A stretch of DNA of 64,000 nt. It comes from a virus. Positions within the stretch are counted from its first letter, which is position 1, and every line of letters begins with the position of its first letter. The notes below the pieces were generated by a model. The model was not told the DNA's origin. It saw only the letters and a program-made list of their open reading frames with translations, and did no database searches. The DNA lies in IMG/VR virus record IMGVR_UViG_3300045988_151219, positions 32,001-96,000 of that record; one strand, given 5' to 3'. A program made the position numbers and the translations under genes. This document shows, in pieces, positions 1 through 7,862 of this stretch.

Positions 1-289
1 ATTCAGGACATGTTCCTTCCACATGATAATCCGGACCGTATGAATGAATCCTTATCTTCATCAATAAAAACTGCTTATCATCAGGTGTAAGCTTGGTAGG
101 GTCTATTTTTGGCGAAATTACACATTCTTTTATAATGTCATCTAAAATAGTAGGGGATGTAGAACCATAAATCTTTTTCTCAAGCAACCCTGTAATCATA
201 GTTATCTTGATATCGCCCGCTAATTTCTTGTCTTCATAAGGTTTACCCTGTGACGGCAGTTTTACTACCATTTCTATCTTACTTGCCAT
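1..289 (-). CDS. 5' part of a CDS that runs off the window edge; structural-module gene, function unassigned
   Basis: Own translation from ATG 289-287 (MASKIEMVVKLPSQGKPYEDKKLAGDIKITMITG...HSYGPDYHVEGTCPE) stays open to position 1. AAGGAG RBS lies a few nt upstream. Absent from the ORF track because it is truncated. Confidence 0.6.
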   Translation of the reverse strand, partial: MASKIEMVVKLPSQGKPYEDKKLAGDIKITMITGLLEKKIYGSTSPTILDDIIKECVISPKIDPTKLTPDDKQFLLMKIRIHSYGPDYHVEGTCPE

Positions 290-344
290 AGTAGATATTT
301 TCTCCTTTACTAAATAAAATAAAATCTCCTACTTTAGTATATAT

Positions 345-407
345 CAGAAAATAAAAATCCCTTGAGTTCGGCTCGCTCGGATAAATGAGTTGCTTAATGT
401 CAAGGGA
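345..407 (-). terminator. Terminator-like hairpin downstream of the 453-1013 gene
   Basis: 8-bp stem tcccttga (358-365) / tcaaggga (400-407) around a GC-rich 34-nt loop. On the minus strand it is followed by TTTTTATTTT (plus 345-357). Confidence 0.4.
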
Positions 408-452
408 ATTATATATCAAATTAAAGCTTGAGATGTTCGATTATTGTTTATC

Positions 453-1013
453 TTACGGAGAAGTCTTTTTGTAGATAGCGTACAAAGCAATATCTTTCGT
501 GAGTTTTACTTTTTCCTGTTCCAGTGTATATTTTTCTCCGCTGTCATCACAAGCAGTGTTCCAGTGGTCAAGTTTGAAACCGGTCTGCGGAATAAGTTCA
601 TCACCTTTAGCCAGTTTAGCAATCACGCCAAACTTAGTTTCCTGCGGAGCAGGAACGATACCTTCCCCACCGTTAGCATAATATGTAACAGTGTATGAAA
701 GTTCATAAGTATCCAGTTCTGCAAACGTATCTAAAAATTCTTCAGGAGTACCTTCCAGCATTTCCATATATCCGGAAGCTCCCATTTCTACTGAAACAAT
801 CTTGTCTTTATTCAGCAGTGTGATTTTGAGACCCAAACCTTTAGAAATTACAGTGTCAACTTCATATCCATATTTGAACTGGGAACCTTTCTTGATTCCT
901 ACGTGAGAAATGTCTTCTGCTTTTCCTAAAGCTGCTTGACGATTAGAAATATTTAAAAGCTTTAAAGCTGCTACGCGGATTTTTGCTTTTAACGGTTCTG
1001 AAATAGCCGGCAT
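453..1013 (-). CDS. Virion-module protein with C-terminal Listeria-Bacteroides-type repeat (Flg_new-like) domain
   Basis: 186-aa ORF. C-terminus YTVTYYANGGEG..P.PQ....G......P..GFKLDHWNT..D.SGEKY.......L..DIALYAIY fits the Flg_new repeat pattern. Sits directly downstream of the tube gene. Confidence 0.6.
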   Translation of the reverse strand: MPAISEPLKAKIRVAALKLLNISNRQAALGKAEDISHVGIKKGSQFKYGYEVDTVISKGLGLKITLLNKDKIVSVEMGASGYMEMLEGTPEEFLDTFAELDTYELSYTVTYYANGGEGIVPAPQETKFGVIAKLAKGDELIPQTGFKLDHWNTACDDSGEKYTLEQEKVKLTKDIALYAIYKKTSP

Positions 1014-1047
1014 ATTATTTACCTACTTTCTTTAAAAATAAATATAA

Positions 1048-1575
1048 TTAAGTAACATTCTGAACATCTAAACGATATGCTCTGTCGTAAGACAAAGTCA
1101 TTGAAATTCTCTTGCGGTCTGATGAATCGTTAGACATTTCACCATAGTTTACAGCGGAGGGCCAAACACCTTCATACTTCCACTGGCGGATATATGTTCC
1201 GTCAGGACCACGCTGTGATAAAATCATGTCTCGTTTATATTGGTTTACCCAACCCATTTTACCCGTATTAGGGTCGTATACCTGGTTCTGCCACGCTTCA
1301 ATCTCTTTTTCAGTATCAACCAAAATAGCATCGTTTACTTCTAAAGTTCCGTCTGCGTATTCTGCTTGCCCTGCTACTTTAGCGTGGGAGTTTCCGAACG
1401 GTATGTCAACTACAGGAGTCGAACGGTCAGGCAAAGTCATTGAGTTCTGCAACATTGTGATGGATTCTGAAATGCCGTCAATCTGTATCTCAAACCAGTT
1501 CGTCATTTGTAACTGGTAATCTTTTCTTGAGCTTAGATGTCTGGCGTCATAATTCCTAACAGCTGAATCTGCCAC
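1048..1575 (-). CDS. Tail tube protein (T4 gp19-like)
   Basis: 175 aa with GTG start. Blocks NWFEIQI, MTLP, IPFGN..AKVAGQ.EY.DGTLEVND, EIEAWQ and YEGVWPSAVNYGEMS......ISMTLSYD align with T4 gp19 blocks NLFQVEI, TALP, IPVGF..INVAGD..FDDWTVTVMND, FVDWQ and LVGLWPTNVGELQL......FEVTLALD. Confidence 0.8.
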   Translation of the reverse strand: MADSAVRNYDARHLSSRKDYQLQMTNWFEIQIDGISESITMLQNSMTLPDRSTPVVDIPFGNSHAKVAGQAEYADGTLEVNDAILVDTEKEIEAWQNQVYDPNTGKMGWVNQYKRDMILSQRGPDGTYIRQWKYEGVWPSAVNYGEMSNDSSDRKRISMTLSYDRAYRLDVQNVT

Positions 1576-1614
1576 TATATAAACCTCTCTTTCTCTTATT
1601 ATAGAAACTCTATA

Positions 1615-2806
1615 TTATAAGTGCCACTTAAAATTTCCACACCTATATACTTTAATATATTTAAGGCTCTCCATAATGAAATCTTCTTTATTTGCATGAG
1701 TTAAAGATTCTTCATAGAGTTTTGGATATTTCTTTTTCAGATATTTTAATTGTGCTTTTTCCCTCGGTACAAATAAATACCCTTTATAATCTGTCCAGTA
1801 GTAACTAAGTGAATTAGACACTAACTTGAATCCCGCTTTAGAATATATTCCTCCGGTGAAAAAGTCATTATCTGAAAATGTGACAATATTTTTTTGAGTT
1901 ACTTAAATATATATGATATTTTAAAAGTTTTTGAAATCCGCCAATTACTATATACCCTTGTTTTACTACGTACCTTATTATCTCAAATTCTTCTTTGTCT
2001 TTAGAATATCTGGATTTAGAAAATGAAATTAAAGACATTAATTCTCCCTGGAAATAAAGTCCGTAATTTATACTTTGATAATGTGAACTTCCCTGCAAGT
2101 GATATAAGTCTGTAAACTCTTTAACTTCTTTATAAGATAATTTAACTATTGTACATTTTCTGGCATATATTTTAGTTTTTGGAATAAAAATATTTTCTAT
2201 AAGCTGCTTTATCTTCTTCCGTCTATTTCTCCAATCTACGTCAAAAATAGAAAGCAATCTTATTCCTTTTTCTCGACACTGTAAATATTTCTTATAATGA
2301 TAGTCTTTAGGCTTTGCTGGATACCTGTGAAAATAACTGCCGTTACACTCAATAGCTATTTTGTATTTTGGTATATAGAAATCAAGCCCTCTTTGATTTC
2401 TGATAAAATCTTTAGTATCTAAATATTTTAATAGTGTATTATATATTTCATTTTCAAATTTAGAGTTTGAAAAATTTAAATTATTAATATTTTCCTCTTT
2501 TAACGGAATGATTATATGTTCTTCTCTCCTATTTTCTCTTTTCTTTCTAACAGACGACTCCCTGCCACATTTCTGGCATCCCCCTAATTGTTCTTGTGTA
2601 GACATCTTAATGACATGTCCTACCATCTTATAGTAAATCCCATGTTTACAGCAGAAAAACGGTAACTTCTCTGTTACCGTAATCTCCGCTTTTCTTGCTC
2701 TTTCTTTATCTTCTTCTCTTGCTAACAGGTCTATAAACCACTCCGGAAACCTTTTATTTCTATTCCTTGTCTTCCAGCTTAGTTTAACTCTTTCTTCATT
2801 TGTCAT
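1615..2806 (-). pseudogene. Homing-endonuclease-like gene (PD-(D/E)XK / Hef-like core), split by a frameshift at an A7 run
   Basis: ORFs 1868-2806 and 1615-1821 belong to one gene. Core FYIPKYKIAIECNGSYFH and the ..IIRYVVKQGYIVIGGFQKLLKY.. block continue, after removal of one A from the coding-sense A7 run (plus T7 at 1889-1895), as NIVTFSDNDFFTGGIYSKAGFKLVSNSLSYYWTDYKG. A stop in the downstream frame lies just upstream of the run. Confidence 0.55.
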
Positions 2807-2924
2807 AGCTTATAACTATTGCAAAACCTTCATGAATATGTTAAAATAAATTAACTTAATTAATTAGTCTGGTCAGTTACGGTCAGATTCAAAGTGTGTA
2901 AGCGGCAACTTAAACACTTTATCT

Positions 2925-2948
2925 ACAGCCTTTATGGCTGTTTTTTAT
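2925..2948 (+). terminator. Plus-strand intrinsic-terminator-like hairpin in an otherwise all-minus region
   Basis: acagcc(2925-2930)-tttat-ggctgt(2936-2941) followed by a T run on the plus strand. Preceded by a second hairpin aaagtgt(2891-2897)/acacttt(2914-2920). The minus-strand reading has no U tract. Confidence 0.35.
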
Positions 2949-2985
2949 TGTATACATAAATTAATCCAATAATATAACTTCGACT

Positions 2986-3228
2986 TCAAATAAGATGAAT
3001 ATATTCCGCCTTATCAATGTAATCATCAATAAGTGCATTATCTTCTTCTGATGAATACCCAGGTATCCTACTTCTGAAAGGTGTTTGTTCAATTTCAGTT
3101 ACATCAGTTAATGTATTATCAAAATACGCAACAGCTGCTTTTTTTGCTACATCTTCATTAGCGACACGATATACATATACTACCGGTTTCTTAAGAAGTT
3201 TTACCACATAAGATTTATAAACTTTCAT
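2986..3228 (-). CDS. Hypothetical protein (80 aa)
   Basis: ORF-track entry in the same orientation and packing as its neighbours. No motif recognised. Confidence 0.55.
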   Translation of the reverse strand: MKVYKSYVVKLLKKPVVYVYRVANEDVAKKAAVAYFDNTLTDVTEIEQTPFRSRIPGYSSEEDNALIDDYIDKAEYIHLI

Positions 3229-3258
3229 TCTTTGTCACCCTAACCTAAATACATATTT

Positions 3259-3891
3259 TTATAGCTGTTGTAAAACAAAATATTTAGAAGCATTATTAAC
3301 TCTTTCAAAGGCATTATCTACATAACCTTGATAAGAACATTTGCCATTATAACGTTCATCCACTTCTTTAAAAGAATCGACTACTTTTGTTTCTAACTTA
3401 TATACATCTGGATTAGCTATTCCATAATTCAAAGGTGCGTAAACTTCATGTGCTACAATTAAAGAAATTGTTACTGAATGAAATTCTTTAAGATATTTAC
3501 TAAACTCTTTCATAGACATTTTACCGTTTTCATATTTTTTAGCCGCTGTCTCAAAAGCTTTTGCAAATTCAGGAGTATATAAAGTTATATTTTCCCCAGG
3601 TTCCATCTTACTTAACACTTCTTTTTTCTTTGCTTTATCAGATACTATTCCAGCCTGCTTTATAAGCCTGAAATTATCTAAATGTACTTTTTCAACTTTT
3701 GCAATATTAAAATAAATTTTGTCAGCATACTTCTTAAATTCAGTCAGGTCTTTACTCTCATTAGATACTGATGAAGTAACTTGATTAGATTTAGTATGTT
3801 TTACATCCGCTACTGTTTCATCTCCACCACAAGCTTTAACTAAACAAAGAATTAAAATTACTCCAATAAGATACTTCATCATTTTACTCAT
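3259..3891 (-). CDS. Secreted or lipid-anchored protein (possible lipoprotein); paralog of 5486-6112
   Basis: Start moved to ATG 3891 (GGGAAG RBS upstream): MSKMMKYLIGVILILCLVKAC|GG is a signal peptide with an imperfect lipobox. C-terminal block LIVAHEVYAPLNYGIANPDVYK matches VVVIYEVYDKINYSVTNATDYK of 5486-6112. Confidence 0.6.
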   Translation of the reverse strand: MSKMMKYLIGVILILCLVKACGGDETVADVKHTKSNQVTSSVSNESKDLTEFKKYADKIYFNIAKVEKVHLDNFRLIKQAGIVSDKAKKKEVLSKMEPGENITLYTPEFAKAFETAAKKYENGKMSMKEFSKYLKEFHSVTISLIVAHEVYAPLNYGIANPDVYKLETKVVDSFKEVDERYNGKCSYQGYVDNAFERVNNASKYFVLQQL

Positions 3892-3964
3892 TTTAAGCTT
3901 CCCTTTCTTTGACAGATTAACTGGTATAAACAATAGAATCTAAATTATATTTGTCAGCATACTC

Positions 3965-4552
3965 CTAAATAACATCTTTATATTCATTAGTGAACAATTT
4001 ATAGTCTTTAGAATATTCTTCAAAATCTTCAAAAATATCATAATCTTCATTACAAGGTCTTTCTTTAAGAGATTTAAACCTCTCTTTTAGAGTGATGTCG
4101 TCTAACTTAAAAAGTACGGGACAAACCTTGAAAGGCAAATAATCACTCAAGGAATAGTCAATCTTTTCCTTGATTTCTTTTTCTCTCTTACTGTTATTAT
4201 AAATCCGGTCATAAACTAAAGATGAAAATAACCACCTGTCAATAATACCAAAATTATCCAAACTATTTAAAACCTTGTACGGATAGTCAATACATTTCAA
4301 AACTTTCAAGACCATAGAAACATATTTATATCTTTCATTAAAATCAGGTTCCAGTTTATTCCACCCATAACTAATAATATCTACTTTAGTTAAAGCTTTA
4401 CCTACAAGCTTCTCTTTAACGATTTCTGCGGTCTTAGTCTTTCCTACTCCATCAAAGCCTTCAAATATAAATACAGTTGAATTTCTTTTGTTTGTACTTT
4501 TCATTAAATCAGCTAATTCATTAATTTCTTTTACATAACTTGTTGTCCTCAC
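3965..4552 (-). CDS. Thymidylate kinase-like P-loop nucleotide kinase
   Basis: VFIFEGFDGVGKTKTAE P-loop resembles the Tmk block FEG.DG.GKTT. A downstream IIDRWLFSSLVYD block resembles the DRY..S..AYQ region. Confidence 0.6.
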   Translation of the reverse strand: MRTTSYVKEINELADLMKSTNKRNSTVFIFEGFDGVGKTKTAEIVKEKLVGKALTKVDIISYGWNKLEPDFNERYKYVSMVLKVLKCIDYPYKVLNSLDNFGIIDRWLFSSLVYDRIYNNSKREKEIKEKIDYSLSDYLPFKVCPVLFKLDDITLKERFKSLKERPCNEDYDIFEDFEEYSKDYKLFTNEYKDVI

Positions 4553-4572
4553 TTTTATATTCTCCTTTAACT

Positions 4573-4950
4573 TTACAAATTTAACGTTTCTTTTAAATAA
4601 GGTTGTACATAATTATCTCCATAATTATCCTCATATTCATCTATTCGATAATACAAAGAGTAAATTTCTTTATCAAACGGACATTCTGAAATGTCAAATC
4701 CTTTTTCTTTAATAAATACTTCCCAATTTTTAGTTTTATCCTCTTGATAAATGTTTATCCATTCTTTCTCAAGCATTCCCCATAAGTCACAATCTTGATA
4801 GTGTTTATATTGTCGAACTTCCTCTATGTCAATAAGACGGTTTTTCATAGCCTCTATTTCTTTCAAATCTCGGCTTATCATGACTATTGTAGTTTCTTCT
4901 ATTTCTTCACTAAAACCATTTTCATAACTCTCTGTAAGTACATAATACAT
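4573..4950 (-). CDS. Hypothetical protein; paralog of 57001-57396
   Basis: MYYVLTESYENG...TTIVMISRDLKEIEAMKNRLIDIEEVRQ versus MIYVLQEICTDY...ARIVMISRDEQRVKDAKRQLEIKEEIYQ. Acidic Tyr-rich C-termini are also similar. Confidence 0.65.
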   Translation of the reverse strand: MYYVLTESYENGFSEEIEETTIVMISRDLKEIEAMKNRLIDIEEVRQYKHYQDCDLWGMLEKEWINIYQEDKTKNWEVFIKEKGFDISECPFDKEIYSLYYRIDEYEDNYGDNYVQPYLKETLNL

Positions 4951-4972
4951 AACATTTCCTCCTTTACAATAA

Positions 4973-5161
4973 TTAAAGATGTTTCTTAATAATCGTAAAA
5001 ATACTAAATATCAACAAAATAAACCAAATAAATAAAATCCAAAAGTAAAGCGTGTTGTCTGTTAAAAGACTGGCAAAAACATAAGCAGGAGCTACAACGA
5101 AAATTAAATTCACAGCTACTGTAAGAACCAAAACAGTAATTAAATACCAAATTAATTTCAT
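4973..5161 (-). CDS. Small two-TM membrane protein (62 aa)
   Basis: Start moved to ATG 5161 behind an AAGGAGG RBS. MKLIWYLITVLVLTVAVNLIFVVAPAYVF...ILFIWFILLIFSIFTII is almost entirely hydrophobic. Confidence 0.6.
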   Translation of the reverse strand: MKLIWYLITVLVLTVAVNLIFVVAPAYVFASLLTDNTLYFWILFIWFILLIFSIFTIIKKHL

Positions 5162-5171
5162 GATTTCCTCC

Positions 5172-5300
5172 TTAGTTATTAAAAATTGCCAACACAATAA
5201 ACGTACCGATAAGCGTGAAAATTAAATGAATTAGAGGATGTGGCGAAATCGGCTTTACCAAAATTGCTACAATAAATGCAATGACTGCAAACAGAAACAT
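5172..5300 (-). CDS. Small membrane protein (42 aa), below ORF-track cutoff
   Basis: Own translation MFLFAVIAFIVAILVKPISPHPLIHLIFTLIGTFIVLAIFNN*. First ORF downstream of the consensus promoter at 5349-5377. Confidence 0.4.
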   Translation of the reverse strand: MFLFAVIAFIVAILVKPISPHPLIHLIFTLIGTFIVLAIFNN

Positions 5301-5348
5301 GATTGTTGCTCCTCTCTTTTAAAAATATAATTTGTTTTCTATGTCTAT

Positions 5349-5377
5349 ATTATAAAAGAGATTGTAAAATATGTCAA
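5349..5377 (-). promoter_or_regulatory. Perfect sigma70-consensus promoter (TTGACA-17 nt-TATAAT)
   Basis: Minus strand reads cTTGACAtattttacaatctctttTATAATata. -35 is plus 5372-5377, -10 is plus 5349-5354, spacer is exactly 17 nt. Near-identical to the element at 57672-57700. Confidence 0.75.
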
Positions 5378-5382
5378 GTGCT

Positions 5383-5420
5383 TTTATAAAAAATTCTACA
5401 TAAAATTATATGTAGAATTT
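5383..5420 (-). terminator. Rho-independent terminator downstream of 5486-6112
   Basis: 10-bp stem aattctacat (5392-5401) / atgtagaatt (5410-5419). On the minus strand it is followed by TTTTTTATAAAAG. Confidence 0.65.
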
Positions 5421-5485
5421 AAATACTTTATACTATTAACTTACCATGACAGATTTTCTCCTTTAGATAGTATGTAAATACAAGA

Positions 5486-6112
5486 TTAATTTTTGATAGA
5501 TTGTGTGATTTCATCAGTAGCTTCTTTTACAGCAGTTTCATAATCTAAATCATAACCTAACTCTTCTGCTCTTTCTTTCATAACTCTTACTATAATACCA
5601 TTTTCTTTATAATCAGTAGCGTTAGTAACAGAATAGTTTATTTTATCATAAACTTCATATATTACTACAACGTTTATCATATATTCCTGGAACGCCTGAA
5701 TAGCTAAATCATAATCTTCCTGGTCAAGTCTTCCAGCATCAAAAGCCTGTTGCACATTACTTATAAAAGCAAAAGGATATGTAGAATAAATCTGTTTAGA
5801 TGAATAAGGCTTTAAGTCTTCCAGTATCTTCCTTTTCTCTTTCTTATGTATATTAGGCTTTCCTGCTCTGTCAATTACTCTATAATTTTTTAAAGCTCTT
5901 TCTTTAGCTATCTTTTTCTCTTGTTCAGAAGCTTTCGCATATTCCATAAGCAATGCCGTTGTGTGGTCACGCTCCTGTATTAAAATGCTCTGCGGAGGTT
6001 CCGGTTTATGTTGTACTCTTAAGAACTCTCCTACATAAAGTAAGGTAGCAGTAATAGCTAAGGCTACTATAATTAATGAAATGATATACTTTCTTTTTTC
6101 TAACTGCTGCAT
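5486..6112 (-). CDS. N-terminally membrane-anchored protein; paralog of 3259-3891
   Basis: 208 aa with N-terminal TM segment YIISLIIVALAITATLLYVGEF. Shares the C-terminal block with the 3259-3891 protein. Confidence 0.65.
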   Translation of the reverse strand: MQQLEKRKYIISLIIVALAITATLLYVGEFLRVQHKPEPPQSILIQERDHTTALLMEYAKASEQEKKIAKERALKNYRVIDRAGKPNIHKKEKRKILEDLKPYSSKQIYSTYPFAFISNVQQAFDAGRLDQEDYDLAIQAFQEYMINVVVIYEVYDKINYSVTNATDYKENGIIVRVMKERAEELGYDLDYETAVKEATDEITQSIKN

Positions 6113-6129
6113 TAAGGCTCCTTCCTAAG

Positions 6130-6267
6130 TCAAAATAAAAAATATAAAAATATGATTAACATTATTATACTATATTTTAAAATTTTCCTCTCTTCTATAA
6201 AACAAGAAAGGAAAAAGATAATAATTATTGCAGTTGATATATAAACAGAAATAACCGCATTTACCAT
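6130..6267 (-). CDS. Candidate tiny hydrophobic ORF (45 aa)
   Basis: Own translation MVNAVISVYISTAIIIIFFLSCFIEERKILKYSIIMLIIFLYFLF*. Its ATG overlaps the stop of the upstream mini-ORF (ATGGTAA). Confidence 0.3.
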   Translation of the reverse strand: MVNAVISVYISTAIIIIFFLSCFIEERKILKYSIIMLIIFLYFLF

Positions 6268-6332
6268 TTCTTATGATTCCTAATTTCATCTTCTATAATA
6301 AATAAAAGTATTAAACTAATTATTATACCCAT
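6261..6332 (-). CDS. Candidate tiny ORF (23 aa)
   Basis: Own translation MGIIISLILLFIIEDEIRNHKKW*. Chained with the neighbouring mini-ORFs. Confidence 0.2.
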   Translation of the reverse strand: MGIIISLILLFIIEDEIRNHKKW

Positions 6333-6342
6333 TTATATACCT

Positions 6343-6441
6343 CTAACTTTTAAAGTAGTTAGCTAAACTAAAAATAATACTACATAAAGTAAATGCAAAG
6401 ATTGTCCAAAATATAGACTCAATAAGCCACTCTTTATACAT
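6343..6441 (-). CDS. Candidate tiny hydrophobic ORF (32 aa)
   Basis: Own translation MYKEWLIESIFWTIFAFTLCSIIFSLANYFKS*, preceded by AGAGAGG. Confidence 0.3.
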   Translation of the reverse strand: MYKEWLIESIFWTIFAFTLCSIIFSLANYFKS

Positions 6442-6728
6442 TATATTTCTACCTCTCTTTATTAACTCTTAGAGAAACAACGATAAAAATATATAATAGC
6501 TTAATTAAGTCCAGGAATTGGCTATTTTTAAAACTTATATATAACTAAGTCTAAGAAACTATAAATTTTTAGACTTAATATAGAAACAACCCTTACTAAA
6601 GACCACCATTAGCTTAATCTCAAAGACGATTTCTTATATTGCCATACAAGACCCTTAGCAGAAGTCTTTAAGGTAAGTTTCCCCTACAGTATTTTTAAAA
6701 GCCTTAAAAACGACTATACGAAATAAAG

Positions 6729-6965
6729 CTACCTAAAGCTACTTGATATGTCATTGTCATAGCTTAAATATTTTAAAAGCACACAACACTCATCTTTAAT
6801 ATAAGCTTCTTCTATATCATGAAAAACTTGGTCACTACGTTCTTTTGTTTTAAAGGTTAAAGTGTATGTTCTTCTACAGCTTGAAACATAAATAGCATTA
6901 TTACTATCATCATAAAAAACATAATCTACAGTAGGAATAATTAGATTTTTAAAAATAATAGACAT
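6729..6965 (-). CDS. Hypothetical protein (78 aa)
   Basis: ORF-track entry 4 nt downstream of the preceding gene. No motif recognised. Confidence 0.55.
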   Translation of the reverse strand: MSIIFKNLIIPTVDYVFYDDSNNAIYVSSCRRTYTLTFKTKERSDQVFHDIEEAYIKDECCVLLKYLSYDNDISSSFR

Positions 6966-6969
6966 AAAT

Positions 6970-7780
6970 TTACCTCTCTTCCAAAAAACTACTTATTATA
7001 TTATATGAACTTCTTTTTAAATCTTCTTCACTATTTATTTCTTTATCTCCAAAAAGCTCATATCTACCCTCAAGGTCTATATCACCACCTATACTCACCC
7101 TATCAAAAACTTTAATGTTCCCTTGCAGTTTAGCCCTATCATAAACTTTGGAACTTCCGTATAAATTAACTCCGTGAAGTAATTGAGATTCTCCAAAAAC
7201 TTGAGCATCATCATACAGTTTTACAGAATTAAATATAAAAGCATCACCATATACTCTACATCTGTTTTTGATTTCAGATAAATCTTTCACTTTAGCATTT
7301 CCACAAACTCTGGCAAATCCTGATATAAACGACTCTGAAACTAATGCATTTCCGTAAACTTTTGCACTCTCTCTTATGTTACTTTTATATTCAACTCTTG
7401 CATTTTCAAATATTTTTGAATAATCTCTAATAGTAGAATTAGTTACTACAGCGTTATCATAAACTTTTGCATTACTATAAATTTCAGAATTTCCTCTTAT
7501 TTCAGCATTACCATAGACACGAACCTTTCCTTTAAGAACACCCATATACTTTTGCAAAATCACAAATTCTGGAATCATCTTTCACCTTAGCATTTTGATA
7601 TACCATTGCATGGTCATAAACCCAACATGTTCCTTCTTGTGATAAATTCTCCTCACTTTCTACAAATCCTCCTAAGGCTCCCCTCTGAACATAAGGTAAT
7701 GATTTTAAGGCTCTTATTCTATATAAAATATGACCATCTATAACTTTTGTCTCGTCAGTTAATTCGTATTTTCTCCCCAT
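6970..7780 (-). pseudogene. Hexapeptide-repeat (left-handed beta-helix-like) protein, split into two overlapping ORFs by a +1 frame change
   Basis: ORF 7532-7780 (YELTDETKVIDGHILYRIRALK...GGFVESEENLS..G.CWVYDHAMVYQNAKVKDDSRICDFAKVYG) and ORF 6970-7578 (about 25 repeats of the [YF]xNAx[VI] type). Dropping one G of coding-sense GGG (plus CCC 7541-7543) joins them as ..FAKVYGVLKGKVRVYGNAEI.. and keeps the repeat in register. An internal restart at ATG (MGVLKGK) is the alternative. Confidence 0.5.
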
Positions 7781-7815
7781 ATCTATTCTCCAATCTTACT
7801 ATATTATACTACAAG

Positions 7816-7850
7816 TTAAAAAGAGTTACTGCTTAAAGTAACTCTTTTCT
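7816..7850 (-). terminator. Rho-independent terminator after 7863-9071
   Basis: Stem aaaagagttac (7818-7828) / gtaactctttt (7838-7848). The minus strand continues with a T run. Confidence 0.6.
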
Positions 7851-7862
7851 TTAAATCTCTTA

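Noticed and set aside
2807-2985. tRNA gene in the intergenic regions (also checked 6442-6728 and 56788-57000)
   Set aside because: No acceptor-stem/T-arm (GTTCxAxxC) cloverleaf could be drawn by eye. A tRNAscan-SE or ARAGORN run would be needed to be sure.
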